Part shown: one piece after another, positions 12,386 through 25,349 of the stretch
Layout: every line of letters begins with the position of its first letter
How positions within the stretch are numbered: position 1 is the stretch's first letter
NCBI RefSeq assembly: GCF_001194135.2
Contig: NC_068984.1
Coordinates: 103,470,331 to 103,534,330 of the forward strand
Reading direction: 5' to 3'
Length of the DNA: 64,000 bases
Source: Octopus bimaculoides
Taxonomy: Eukaryota
Program-made: the position numbers and the translations under genes
The notes under the pieces: model-generated
Database searches by the model: none
What the model was told of the DNA's origin: nothing
Seen by the model: only the letters and a program-made list of their open reading frames with translations

Positions 12386-12729
12386 TAGTTTATATCTTTT
12401 CTACTCTAGGCTCAAGAGCCCGACATTTTGGGGAGGAGCCAGTCGATTAGATCAACACCAGTACGTAACTGTTACTTAATTTATCGACCTCGAAAGGATG
12501 AAAGGCGAAGTTGACCTCGGCGGAATTTGAACTCAGAACGTAACGGTAGACGAAATACCGCTAAAAATTTCGCTCGGAGTGCTAACGGTTCTGCCAGCTC
12601 GCCGCCTTGCGGTAGTTTATATCTTTTCTACTCTAGGCTCAAGAGCCCGACATTTTGGGGAGGAGCCAGTCGATTAGATCAACACCAGTACGTAACTGTT
12701 ACTTAATTTATCGACCTCGAAAGGATGAA
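12386..12729 (-). mobile_element. SINE family A in a tandem duplication with a 227-bp period
   Basis: 12386-12501 is repeated identically at 12613-12728, immediately before a gap. Confidence 0.9.
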
Positions 12730-13547
12730 NNNNNNNNNNNNNNNNNNNNNNNNNNNNNNNNNNNNNNNNNNNNNNNNNNNNNNNNNNNNNNNNNNNNNNN
12801 NNNNNNNNNNNNNNNNNNNNNNNNNNNNNNNNNNNNNNNNNNNNNNNNNNNNNNNNNNNNNNNNNNNNNNNNNNNNNNNNNNNNNNNNNNNNNNNNNNNN
12901 NNNNNNNNNNNNNNNNNNNNNNNNNNNNNNNNNNNNNNNNNNNNNNNNNNNNNNNNNNNNNNNNNNNNNNNNNNNNNNNNNNNNNNNNNNNNNNNNNNNN
13001 NNNNNNNNNNNNNNNNNNNNNNNNNNNNNNNNNNNNNNNNNNNNNNNNNNNNNNNNNNNNNNNNNNNNNNNNNNNNNNNNNNNNNNNNNNNGCAGACATC
13101 ATAAGAATTAAGGTGTAATTGTCTGCTAGTTCTAATTCCTTCCAGAATCCCCGAAATTGTCTAGCATTAGCCTCATTAGTCATCAACAGATGAAGTGCAT
13201 CCTCTTTAAATCTCTTTCTTTTCTTTCTCTGTCTCTTTACATTATCTACATTATCATTTTTTTTTTTGCTCGACTTTTTATCTTATTTCTGAATTTATTT
13301 TGTTTCCGCTTGTTTTGGTTTTGTTTTCTTTGAATTTTATTCCTCGGCGCAGCTGTTTCAGTTCCAAAGACTTGGTATGAAACACCACAAAAACTCGAAT
13401 CGATTCTTTCATTTATTATACAATATAATAAATAACATGATAATAAAAATAAAAATAAAGATATTGTTCCATTGAGCACTAGTAATGCATATTTTACCAT
13501 TATATACACATATTTTTGGCTTTTGTTTTTTGTTTTTTTTTTATTGT

Positions 13548-13582
<35 letters not shown>

Positions 13583-13679
13583 TTGGAGTGAGAGTCTGGT
13601 TTTAATGCCTCTGATATTTGACAATTGTTGACGACAGCCATACACATGCCTAGCGTGTGTACACATACATTGACTCAGA

Positions 13680-13713
13680 CATACACATAACGCAAACAGA
13701 TATGCAACACAAC

Positions 13714-13799
<86 letters not shown>

Positions 13800-14580
13800 G
13801 CATGATGTATACACATAGGCAGACTACAATATATACATACACACATGCACATGCATAATACAAACCGATATACAATACAAACATGCAGATACATACACAG
13901 ACACAGACACACACACAGGCATACTCAATATACGCAGATATACAACTCAAACACACATGTACATATACATATGCAGACGTACATACATATATACACATTC
14001 ACAAGCGTAATACATGAGATATACAACACAAACGTAGAGATACATACACACACATGCGTATACACGCAGATACACAACACAAACACAAACATATACGTAC
14101 GCAGATATACAATACACACCCACACATGCATAATAAAAGCATACATACACTACAANNNNNNNNNNACGGACTTACATCACTAACACACACGTACATGTAC
14201 TTACGTAGACACGTAGACACACATATATGAATAATACATAGACATACACCACAAGCATACACGTATGTATATTTACGCAGACATGCAATACACACACATA
14301 TGCATATACACACAATGCAAACACACGCGCATGTACATACATAGACGTACAATACAATGCATAATACAAGCATAAAGTACTTAGATATATAACACAAAAA
14401 CACACATACTTATAAATACACAGACATACAAATCGCACATACACACATATGCATAATACAACTGCAATACACTCAGACATACAAAGGAAGTGTACAGATA
14501 TATGCACACACATATATATACATAATACACATAGACATGCAACACAAACATACAGCTACATAAACACAAACATCTGTATA
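13680..14580. repeat. Long degenerate CA/TA-rich low-complexity tract
   Basis: About 900 bp of cryptically simple acacat/atacac sequence; source of many C/V/Y-rich spurious ORFs. Confidence 0.9.
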
Positions 14581-15083
14581 AGCCAGGCAAATCTACGACT
14601 CAAGCAAAAATACAGCAAGAGAAGCGTCTGTGATGAGAGCTGATAAATAAAATACGAGATTTCCGGGGGGCGGTGGGGGGGTTCTCAGCATTTGATTTCA
14701 GTGAAGAAATGAAATGGCCGAATGATATATATAACTACATAACCAACAGATGCTGTGTCTTGACTTACTAGTCCAGCTTGTCGGTTTTTATTTTTGTTTT
14801 TGTCTCTGGCGCGGGGATAATTAACCCATTCACGTGAGGAACATTCAGACGATTCGCTATTTCTTCGTTTAACGTTGTGATTGGAAACGGTTTCCTGCAT
14901 TTCACAAGGGAAGGCGTAGAGGATCGAATATAAGCCAGATTACATATTAATACAAATTTCTAAAAACTCTGGCGTGATTTTAACACACAAATCCCAGAGA
15001 CAAGCAAATAATCATGGCTCTTTTCAATGGACATATTACACACACACACACACACACATACACACACACACACACACACTGTG

Positions 15084-15320
15084 AAGGCGCATGGCTCAGT
15101 GGTTAGAGCGTCGGGCACACACTCATGAAGTAGTGAGTTCGATTCCCGGACCGGGTTGTGTGCTGTGTTCTTGTGCAAGACACTTTATTTCATGTTACTC
15201 CAGTTCACTCACCTGTAGAAATGAGTTGCGACGTCATTGTTTCCAAGCTGTGGCGGCCTTTACCTTTCTCTTGGATAACATGGGTGGCGTGGAAAGGGGA
15301 GACATGGGTGGCTGCAGGTC
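15084..15320 (+). mobile_element. tRNA-derived SINE, family C head
   Basis: A box TGGCTCAGTGG (15092) and B box AGTTCGATTCC (15136), followed by gcaagacactttatttcatgttactccagttcactc. Confidence 0.85.
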
Positions 15321-15977
15321 NNNNNNNNNNNNNNNNNNNNNNNNNNNNNNNNNNNNNNNNNNNNNNNNNNNNNNNNNNNNNNNNNNNNNNNNNNNNNNNN
15401 NNNNNNNNNNNNNNNNNNNNNNNNNNNNNNNNNNNNNNNNNNNNNNNNNNNNNNNNNNNNNNNNNNNNNNNNNNNNNNNNNNNNNNNNNNNNNNNNNNNN
15501 NNNNNNNNNNNNNNNNNNNNNNNNNNNNNNNNNNNNNNNNNNNNNNNNNNNNNNNNNNNNNNNNNNNNNNNNNNNNNNNNNNNNNNNNNNNNNNNNNNNN
15601 NNNNNNNNNNNNNNNNNNNNNNNNNNNNNNNNNNNNNNNNNNNNNNNNNNNNNNNNNNNNNNNNNNNNNNNNNNNNNNNNNNNNNNNNNNNNNNNNNNNN
15701 NNNNNNNNNNNNNNNNNNNNNNNNNNNNNNNNNNNNNNNNNNNNNNNNNNNNNNNNNNNNNNNNNNNNNNNNNNNNNNNNNNNNNNNNNNNNNNNNNNNN
15801 NNNNNNNNNNNNNNNNNNNNNNNNNNNNNNNNNNGTAGGATACCGGTTCGTTTATTTCTGTTGTCAGATTGTTTTGCACGTTCATATCTTCGTACTTTTT
15901 TTCTTAACAAGCTTACAGTACGTACTTCTCGGTTGTTATTCTTGGGTGAAATAATACCGGTGTTATTTAATATGTTT

Positions 15978-16045
<68 letters not shown>

Positions 16046-16180
16046 CATTATTATTAGAGAGATGAGTTCTTAACTTTTGTATACGATTGCCAAATTCCAT
16101 CACTAAGGTAAACGTAATCCATCACCACGGCCAACCCAATGACAAAAAGCGCAACTCGAAAGTAACTTATTTATTGGTCC

Positions 16181-16228
16181 TTTGAACAACAATATTTCGG
16201 CATCTCGCATACCTTCAACAGATTCAAA
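16181..16228 (-). ncRNA. Candidate minimal type-I hammerhead-like motif with CUGUUGA core
   Basis: Minus strand: aat-ctgttga-a-ggtat-gcgag-atgcc-gaaa-t-att-gtt. Stem II is 5 bp, stem III is the palindrome ATAT, the triplet is AUU, and stem I is aat/gtt with a further tttgaa/ttcaaa pairing. Confidence 0.5.
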
Positions 16229-17094
16229 ATAAAATAAATGTCAGTCTAATTCATTTTTTAGTTTATATAAAGGACTTATTGGCTGGTACTATTTGTATCC
16301 AATGGTTGGGTCTCTCAACTGTCGCCAGGTTTTCTTTCAGAATAGCGTTCACCTGAAAATGATTCGCGCCAATTGACAGCAGCCGCTGCCTCAATCTGAT
16401 TCCAGTAAAACCTCTACATTCAAACTTCTACAGCACTCCAACCAGCTGACAATTATATAAAAGCGAGAATAATAAAACCGATTTTGGTTTCAACGAAAAT
16501 AAGAAAAAAACAGATAATGTGAAAATGGAAAGAGATAGCATTAAATAATAATCGTTAATCTATAATTGAACGCAACCGTTGATGAACGATTAAAGCACAT
16601 TTAAATAAATGTGAATAAATGTGAATTTAAAAGAAATTTCGTTAAAAGAACCCTAAAAAACAAAACAGTTTCTAACATATAAGAACGGAAAGCATTAAAC
16701 TTAGATTCCTTCAGATAAAGATATTTGATGGTAAAACGAATTGAAAATAGATACATACGCGCGCATGCACATACACATGCTCACACACACATATACGTAT
16801 ATACACATACACACTCATTTCTATATACATATATACACGTAAACGTGTGTGTGCGTTTATGTATGAATATATATATGTATATTATATGCAAGCACAACCA
16901 CCTATCCATGCACACACATTCATATACATACACACACATACACACACACACACATATATATGTATAGAAAATTATGAGTGAGTTCACATTGCTTTGGTAC
17001 ATGTAAACATAAAAAAATGTATTCGATACGAGGCGTAGAGTGCTACAAAATTTCCATTAAATTTCGTTTATATTTATGTTTTTGCGCTAGAGTA

Positions 17095-17128
<34 letters not shown>

Positions 17129-17289
17129 TGTGTGCGTGCGTGCGTGCGTGTGTGTGCGCGCGTCTGTGTGTGTCTGTGTGTGCGTATGTCCTTTTGAGGC
17201 AAAGCACACATATACAACCACATATACTTGCGTTTATATATATATATATAAGATGGAAAAAACAATTATAACCTTAAAACTTCCATAAA

Positions 17290-19200
17290 TCCACGGTCTA
17301 ACCCATTCTCTACAATGAAATCATCTCCAGAGTTGCTCATCCTATCGGATAAGACCGGGAATATTTATTCTGTACCGCCAAGTCTTTATAATGACTTGAT
17401 CCTGAAAGAGTTTAATTCTGGATATAAACATGCAAGCAAAAATGCTTTGGATGAGATTAATGACACTCATATCATCTCTAGTTTGGGCCTACTTGATAGA
17501 ACCCAACCTTATGCTCCAAAAACTCCCCATTGTCTTTTGAAGGACCATAAATCTGATTTTTTTATCAAATCCTTCGATTGGATTAATCTGCCCGACCAAG
17601 ACTGATTTGGCCAGAATTAGTAAATATATTATAGATCAGATTATTCTCATCGTGAGAGATAAGGTTCAGCTTCTCCTATGGAACTTTACTGGGGACGTTA
17701 TCTTATGGTTTGACTCCCTTACTGATAAGCCTAATTTAGACTTTATCCAATTTGATATCTCGAATTATTACAATTCCATATCCCCTATATTGCTAAATAA
17801 GGCTCTGATTTTCGCTCGGAAATTTGCGAATATCCCTAATTCGGATATTTGTGTAATTTTAGCAGCAAGGGAGACCCTCATCTTCTACAACGAGCGTAAT
17901 TGGCAGAGGGCTGATTCCACCAATTTCTTCGATATTACTATGGGGTCATCAGATTCAGCACACGTGACCGATTTAGTGGGCCTATATCTCCTTTCGCAGA
18001 TTAGGGATAGTTTTCCCCTCCTTACTGGGGGGGTTATATAGGGATGATGCACTTCTAGCTGTACGTGGCCAATCTAAAACTTCATTGAATAGAGTGGTGA
18101 ACTTCATGGATATTACCTTGAATTTGGATACGTAAGCCAAACAAATCCATCTCATATATCAATGTCTCCTCCAATCATCCGAAATCTACTATTGGTAGCA
18201 TCGTTACCGCTATCTCGATCAGAATCTCTAATTTGTCTGCAAACGAAGAGATTTTTGATCAACATGCACCAGTATACAACAACGCTCTAAAATTAAGCGC
18301 CTTCAAAACTAAAATCTTATATATACTTAACATGAGATTTAAGAACAAAATGGCTGGTCTACCACCTGACCATGTCACGGAAGATCGAGAGAAATGCGAT
18401 GCATTATTTGATTACAACCAATATAAGCCATCAGTTACATACGTATATAAAGATGTTAGGAACAGATACTGGAAACGAAATAGTGGCAGTGAGGAGATGA
18501 GTAAAACCAAGAGCTCAGGTTCTAGAATACGTGAAGTCCTATTCCTCTGTTGGTAACCCTGGTATTTGGCAGGTAAGCTCTAATAAGCCTCAGGTTAGTG
18601 TCACAAACAATTTACTTCCACCAGCCTTATCGACTCCCTGTAATGAGATATCTGAAGGAAAGAACGCAGGAAGCCAGATAAGTGATGTTAGTATTAGTAT
18701 TAGGGATACGGGTGGTTCTGGTAAATCTTGTAATTGTAGGAACCCTAGACTATGTCACCTTGACGAATTCTGTTTGACTACTGAAGCCATATATAGATGC
18801 GTGGTTAAAGAGGTGTGTAATTTGGATAGGTTTTACATATGCAGTACTGTCAATTTTAAAGCTAGGTATAGAGCCCAGATGAATTCGTTTTCGAACGAAA
18901 AATATTGTAACTCCACTATACTTTCCTCTTATAGACATGGTTTAAAGAGGAATAAAAAAAAGTTATTCTCTTGAATGGTCTGTTATCTCGAGGGCTCCTT
19001 ATTTTAGAGTTAATATTAACAAGTGTAAGTTGTGTGTAAGGGAATCTCTTGCCATCCTTAAGTCCTTTGAGCCTAAAACGTTAAATAAATTTAGGGGTGA
19101 TTCCTTTTTGCAGCGATAAGTTTTCTTCTACTTCTGAGTTTGTTAGAGACAGCCGGAGATGACCGTAGTGGCTCAGAACTCCAGACTTCGCAGTATTATC
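17290..19200 (+). mobile_element. Decayed Penelope-like retroelement, probably Naiad clade: RT + C-terminal GIY-YIG endonuclease
   Basis: Ordered frameshifted motifs: LSDKTGNIY; LLKDHK; KTDLARISK; FIQFDISNYYNSIS; FDITMGSSDSAHVTDLVGLYLL; YRDD (about 18036-18049); VNFMDITLNL; SANEEIFDQHAPVYNNALK; CNCRNPRLCHLDEFCL; AIY...YIC; FKARY; LEWSVI; CKLCVRESL; LNK. Confidence 0.85.
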
Positions 19201-20130
19201 TAATTTGATGTATGTTTGTGTGTCTGTGTCTGTGTGTCTGTTTTTCCAAGCCATGAAACATTATACCAGATATTTGCCTAGTACTATGGCTTAAAGTCCA
19301 TCATATGTTGACATCTGCACCATTTGTCCCCATTGGCCTGCTTACACCCTACTGCGAAACTGTGAAGATAATGATTACATATTTCTTCCATGCTTCATTT
19401 AAATGAAATTAAAACATGCCACATATATCTAACACATATATCTAACAGAACAATACTGCAAAAATTCGGGACATTCATTCAGTTTGAGACGGAGTAGACA
19501 TGTCCTTATATGTTAAATGTTAACATGAAACCCATTTCTTTTTTGACGGCGTTTTTCCCCCCGAATGATGTCATTAGGAAATGTCTGAATGTTGATGAGG
19601 AGACTAGTAGCACCATTTTCAGTGCCTGTGGTGACACAGGCAATAAGAGTACTAGCTTTTCCATTGAAACAAAACATTAATAGTGTTTCATCTTTCCAGT
19701 TCTATACTCCAAAACGTTGATATATTCTGACATGCGACCAATGGTAACTCCACTAATAAAAGAGTCCAGCTAAGCTGAGTAACCAAATATAGTATTTAAC
19801 ATGCCAACTGCGGGAAACAGAACAATCTTCCACTGGTAGCTTTAGTTTGTAATGCTTTGAATGTCGCACGTTTTCCCACATCAAACTCTTTTTGTCTACT
19901 TAAATAATTTGATAGAAAACTCAACAGCATTGGCATTAAGCTTGCTTAATGTTGTTGGTATTGTTTCCTTCCTTTTTCGGTTTTTTTTTTCCATTTTCCT
20001 TCTGTCTGATTTTTGTTTACTAGAATCTCTGCATTGTTTGTTGTTGCTCCTTTGTTTCTTGTTGTTTGTTCCTTTGTATAGCTTGAAGCATCAACAATGA
20101 GGCATGGCTGATAGTCTTGTGTTATCTATT

Positions 20131-20195
<65 letters not shown>

Positions 20196-20527
20196 NNNNN
20201 NNNNNCCACTTTTTAAATCCTTATTCAATAAGGTTTGATTAAGTGTTGTTACTCTCTATTCTGAATGTATACAATTGCTGAGGGGCGCTGTTACGTAATA
20301 CCGGTGTGACATAATACCAGAGTAACACACTGGCTAAGTGACATTATGGTCTAGTGAAACAGTTAGTTAACAAGAATACCAGTGAAAATGTCACGATAGA
20401 AATTATATTTTTAAAGTATTAATCAAAAATGAGAAGTTAAACGTTTCAATGAAAAAGGTTTCTCTGGTAGTTTTTAAGATGACATAATGGAGTAGTGACA
20501 TTTAACAAAATTAATATTTAAAAGAGA

Positions 20528-20970
20528 TAAGGCGGCGACCTGGCAGAATCGTTAGCATACCGGACAAAATGCTTAGCGACATTGCGTCCGTCGCTATGTT
20601 CTGAGTTCAAACTCCGTCGAGGTCAACTTCGCCTTTCATCCTTTCGAGGTCGATAAATTAAGTACCAGTTGCGTACTGGGGTCGATCTAATCGACTGTCC
20701 GCCCCCCTCTCCAAAAATTTCGGGCCTTGTGTCTTGAGTAGAAAAGAATATTCAAAAGAGATAAGGCGGCGACCTGGCAGAATCGTTAACACACCGGACA
20801 AAATGCTTAGCGGCATTGCGTCCGTCGCTGTTCCGAGTTCAAATTCAACCGAGGTCGACTTTGCCTTTCATCTATTCGGAGTCGATAAAATAAGTACCAG
20901 CAGATCACTGGGGTCGATCTAATCGAACAATCCCTCTCCCGAAATAGCTGGCTTTTTGCCAAAATTTGAG
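20528..20970 (+). mobile_element. Two tandem SINE family A copies (20528-20750 and 20761-20970)
   Basis: Both begin taaggcggcgacctggcagaatcgttaa/g and carry the family core. Confidence 0.9.
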
Positions 20971-21508
20971 AGCAATATTTAAAATAAACGAGATGTTTAT
21001 CATCCTTAAGGAATATTAGCTTCAAAATTAGTGGTAGCTATCTGATTGCGAAAGCAAGTTAAGCACCAGTAATGATACATCAATGAACTGGGTTCAGAAA
21101 ATAAAAGACTTGATACATTATTAGTGTTTGACAACACTTTGATAATTGATTCCAACACACCGAACCAAATAAATTACATGAAAACATTCAGTAGAAGCTG
21201 ACACAGAACATACGTGGTTTTTTTTAGAGAGGGTGGGGAGTGTTCGTTTGACATTTTTCAGTAAATCGAGAATAGACAAATATTCATTTAGAAGATAGAT
21301 GATGTGATTTGTGAAAGATTACCCGTTCATTGGCTTATCTGTAGTATGTAATGTGGTGTAGTAGTACGGTACAGTGTAATGTATTTTTCAATTAAGGGCG
21401 GGTCAAGTATCAGCGTTCATTGAATAGGTATATTTCCTGGCATAAAATTCCAATTGACTGCAATAGTTCTATATTTAACTTTTCGGAAGTGATTTCTTGT
21501 CTTTGCAG

Positions 21509-21596
21509 GTTTTCTGTGTTTTGGCGTTCTGTTTGACATACAGTGACAGTATGGACATTATCATCGAATATTGTTTGCTGTCATCATTGTGGTTTA
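21509..21596 (+). CDS. Candidate host exon (88 nt), unidentified
   Basis: Acceptor tttcttgtctttgcag|G, donor A|gtatgt, open frame VFCVLAFCLTYSDSMDIIIEYCLLSSLWF. No recognisable homology. Confidence 0.25.
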
Positions 21597-21894
21597 GTAT
21601 GTGTGACATAGGAGAAATATTTACTGTATGTAATGCATATGAAATTGTCTACAATACGGCAAATTTGAAAGAAAATAAGATACTTTTAACAAGCGGATTT
21701 CTTTTTATTTATACATTGCCGAAGACTGTGTCCCTGATTTCTTGATAAATATATTCTGAAAGTTCCCACAAAGTTTTTCTCTAATTGCAGTTTGTATTTT
21801 GTTTTGTTTTCTCCCTGGAAACATATGAACACGTTGTGAATGTATACGTTTGAAGACATTTTTTAGAAAGCAAGAAGCAGAGAGTAATAAAATA

Positions 21895-22140
21895 AGTACT
21901 GTCTCGTGTCCTAGGACTCATAAGGGTTAACAGGTTTCCATGGAGTTTAAGTAACCGAAATGACAACTTTCTCCCTGAACGGGACGCCGTTCTGTCACAG
22001 GATTACTCATTAGCAGCTGAGTGGAGTGCAGTAACGTGAAATAAAATGGTTTGCTTAAGAACACAACGCACTGCCTGATCTGGAAATCGAAACCACAATC
22101 TTGCGAGAAAAATCCTAACCACTAGGCCACTCACCTTCAC
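21895..22140 (-). mobile_element. tRNA-derived SINE family C
   Basis: Reverse head tggcctagtggttagg...ggtttcgatttcc with the family C body. Confidence 0.75.
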
Positions 22141-22672
22141 AAAAAGTAGAGTAGAAGAACTGAAATTAAATTCCAAATAATTTTTAAAATATGAAATGTT
22201 AATATATACAAATCCATTTCCAAGCAATTAAAAGAATATGAAATAAATATAAATATAACTATTGTTGTGTATATTTGCAGGGTAGAGTAGCGATTTCTTG
22301 AATGTTGGCAAGCTCCAAGCCAAATTCTACCATGTCTGTTATAGAGCTTCATTTCTATTACATCAAATATGGTCCATTTCATAAGAATGTAATCTACAGT
22401 CTGCCAATAACAGGTGTCAAAATCTAGAAGGTGGCAACGTGCGATAATTAGTGAGTTGTTAATGAGAACTAATTGGTTGGCCGAATAACGGATTAATTTG
22501 GTGATTAGTTTGGTAAGTGGAAATAAAGTGTTTCGTTTTCAGCTTTTATTCATTAATCAAACACTTTGGTTTATTGATTGATTGAAGGTCTTGATAAAAT
22601 TGACCAATATGATCAACTAGTCAACTGATGACGTTTATTGAAAAGCGAAACGACAGACGACTAACGTCTTCG

Positions 22673-22706
<34 letters not shown>

Positions 22707-22712
22707 TAATAA

Positions 22713-23122
22713 TCCTTTCTACTATAGGCACAAGGCCTGAAATTTTGGGGGAGTGGGCAAGTCGATTACATCAACTCCACTGTGTAACTGGTACTTATTT
22801 CATCGACCCCGAAAGGATGAAATGTAAGGTCGGTCTCGGGGTCATTTAAACTTTGAACGTACGGAAGAAATGCCGCGAAGCATTTTGTCCGGCATTCTAA
22901 CGATTCTGCCAGCTCGCTGCCTTCGCCTTAATACTAATTATAATAATCCCTGAAATATGGTGGGAGGGGTTAAGGTGGTTTCATCAACCCCAGTACTCCA
23001 CTGACACTTAATTTATCGACCCCGAAAGAGTGAAAGGCAAATTCGACCTCGGCGGAACTTGAACTCAGAACGTAAAGACGGACGAAATGCAGCTAAGCAT
23101 TTTGCCCGGCATGCTAACGATC
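22713..23122 (-). mobile_element. Two tandem SINE family A copies between (TAA)n tracts
   Basis: 22713-22924 and 22945-23122, with (TAA)n at 22675-22712 and 23124-23181. Confidence 0.9.
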
Positions 23123-23123
23123 C

Positions 23124-23184
<61 letters not shown>

Positions 23185-23584
23185 CAAGACGAAGAGCGCG
23201 ATGCGATTGCAATAGATATTTTATTGGTTGAACGATATTTCGACAGCAAGCCTGTCTTTATCGAGTTCAAAATGAGAAGTGATAAAAATTCAAAATTATA
23301 TAAATTTAAATTTAAAATATGAACGAGAGCAACCAGCGTCCACACGTTGATGGAATGACATCATCAGTCTTTAAGTTTCAATTTTATAACAGGCGAAAAG
23401 AAAAAGACAGAAAAAAAAAGAGAGAAGAAAAAAACAGGAAAAAGAAAAGGAAAAAGAAGAATATTTAATCTAACAATTTTGTATAAATTTGATGATACAC
23501 TCCTGTCATTTTATTCACAAGCATAAAAATTTCAAATAAATTTAAAGAATAAAAAATAGAAAGAATAAGAATAAACTAGCTCAA

Positions 23585-23963
23585 GGGCTATTTCAGTTTG
23601 TACACCTTCAGAAGCTGAAGAAATATTTTTTTGAAAAAAACTGGTTACGAGGAGTCAGAAAAGCATATGTTTACTGAAAATAAAAATGATGATGACCGAA
23701 TCTGGCATAATTGGATTGAAAAGAATCCCAATTGGTATGCAGATAAAGTTCGGGATGGACGTTCAGCAGCACTACTGGAATTTCTTGAATCCTGTCAGAC
23801 AGGCATTAGAGAAAGCCTTAAAACAAGTGGGAAGAAATCCTGGAATAACCTCACAAATTCCCAACATTACGCACTCCGACGTCTAACTAATAACGATTCT
23901 ATTGTTGTTAAAATGGCGGATAAGGGAGATGCTATCGTAATTATGGACAAAAGTGTACATTGA
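23585..23963 (+). mobile_element. N-terminal ORF fragment of a Penelope-like element
   Basis: WNNLTNSQHYALRRLTNNDSIVVKMADKGDAIVIMDK is the PLE pre-RT NL..E..AL..L....IVI..ADKG..VIM motif. Confidence 0.8.
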
Positions 23964-24024
23964 CAGGTCATTAAATTAAACACGCCAAATTGCTCATTTA
24001 GAGAATCAAGTAAAGTTTTTAAAA

Positions 24025-25175
24025 TTACATGATCTTCTCAGTATGTGTGACGTACTGATTAAAACAATCTTTTGCGCTTCTTGCATGGATAGTAAGCTAG
24101 GAAACATTCTCAAATAATTTTCAGTTCCTTTTTTGGTTATTACTAGATCTATAATCACTGGCACTGTAACCGCCTTAAGATCTTACATTTTTCCGATTTC
24201 AATGAGCCAATTTTTATATTCTATGAGCTTGTCAAATTCTTTTGCCGAAATATAGTAATCCCAAGAGATACTCATGTCGGTCGATAAACAGACTTCATTG
24301 CTTTGGTCTTTTACAGCAGTATCCGGTTTATTAGCTTTGATGTTCTGTTTGTATGTACTTTAATCGATACATTTTTCTCAGTTACAGCCACATGGTGGTG
24401 CTTATACCACTTGTCAACACTTTTGATTTTATTTAGCCAATCAGTGTAGATATTGACCAACTCTGTCATGACTTGATTTATACTCCACTGCTGCTAAAAC
24501 TTCGACTGAATTTGAGGTCTTTAATTTCCCTTTCTGGAAAGTGGCCTTGGCACACTTATGAAGACCAAACTCCATCCCGATATCATCACTGAATCATTTA
24601 ACAGTACGTAATAGGCCTTCAAGCTCACCATTACTTTTGCTATAGAGTTTCAAGTCATCCATATAAAAGAGATGACTTATTTTCTTGTCAATTTTATACC
24701 CAAATACTTTCTTCATTATTACCCACATAGGAGTCTGTATTTACTCTACCTAACTCCATGTAGTCTTCCACTGATATTAACCCTCTTCCACCTTCCTTCT
24801 TAGGTAGGTATAATCTTGCTACTCCTACTTTTGGATGAAGTCCTCCATAAAGGGTATCAAAGCAATGCAAAAACTTAGAGGTGAAAGTGAGTTACCTTAG
24901 AAACTTCCGAAGTTGATGTTAATATTATTTGAAACTTGTACTTCCATTAGAGTGATATAACTGGAGATTCGTATTCCACAATGGCATATTATGCTTCAGG
25001 AAGTTTGAAATTACAGGAGAAATTTTGAAGATAACCAACGATTTCAAGATCCATGAATGCGATATGCTGTCAAAGGCCTTTTTGAAATCAATCCATGCGG
25101 AACTGAGATTTCTGTGCTTGTTATGACAGTTTTAAAGGATCATGCAATTAATTAAGAATTGATCTTTACATCCAT
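24025..25175 (-). mobile_element. Internally deleted Dong/R4-clade LINE: RT joined to RLE
   Basis: GCKDQ; WIDFKKAFDSISHSWILKSL; GNSLSPLSFCIALIP; KISHLFYMDDLKLYSK; FSDDIGMEFGLHKCAK; then a jump to VLAAVEYKSSHDRVGQYLH; ISAKEFDKL; TKKGTENYLRMFPSLLSMQEAQKIVLISTSHILRR. The 5' end lies next to (ATT)n at about 25198-25255. Confidence 0.9.
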
Positions 25176-25349
25176 GTGAGCCTCGTCAGCACTCTTTTTA
25201 TTATTATTATTATTATTATAATAATATTATTATTGTTATTATTATTATTATTATTGCATCATATTTCTTCCTTGCATTTTCTCCAACGTCTTAGGATCTT
25301 GTGGCCAATGAAAGAAATCATTATTATTAGCATAGTAAAAGTAGTGACT

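Noticed and set aside
13680-14580. Cys/Val/Tyr-rich protein or an encoded repeat code
   Set aside because: It is a degenerate CA/TA microsatellite with no consistent period or frame.
15084-15155. Functional tRNA gene (also 8718, 39119, 54500)
   Set aside because: The acceptor stems do not close and each head continues into a repeat body, so these are SINE heads.
17290-19130. Selenocysteine (UGA) read-through in the Naiad-like ORF
   Set aside because: The ORF-ending TGA/TAG codons at 17605, 18041 and 18974 are explained by frameshifts, with the conserved motifs continuing in another frame. No in-frame UGA sits at a conserved Cys.
22275-22415. Exon after atatttgcag
   Set aside because: All three frames close within about 25 nt of the acceptor, and the donor is weak.
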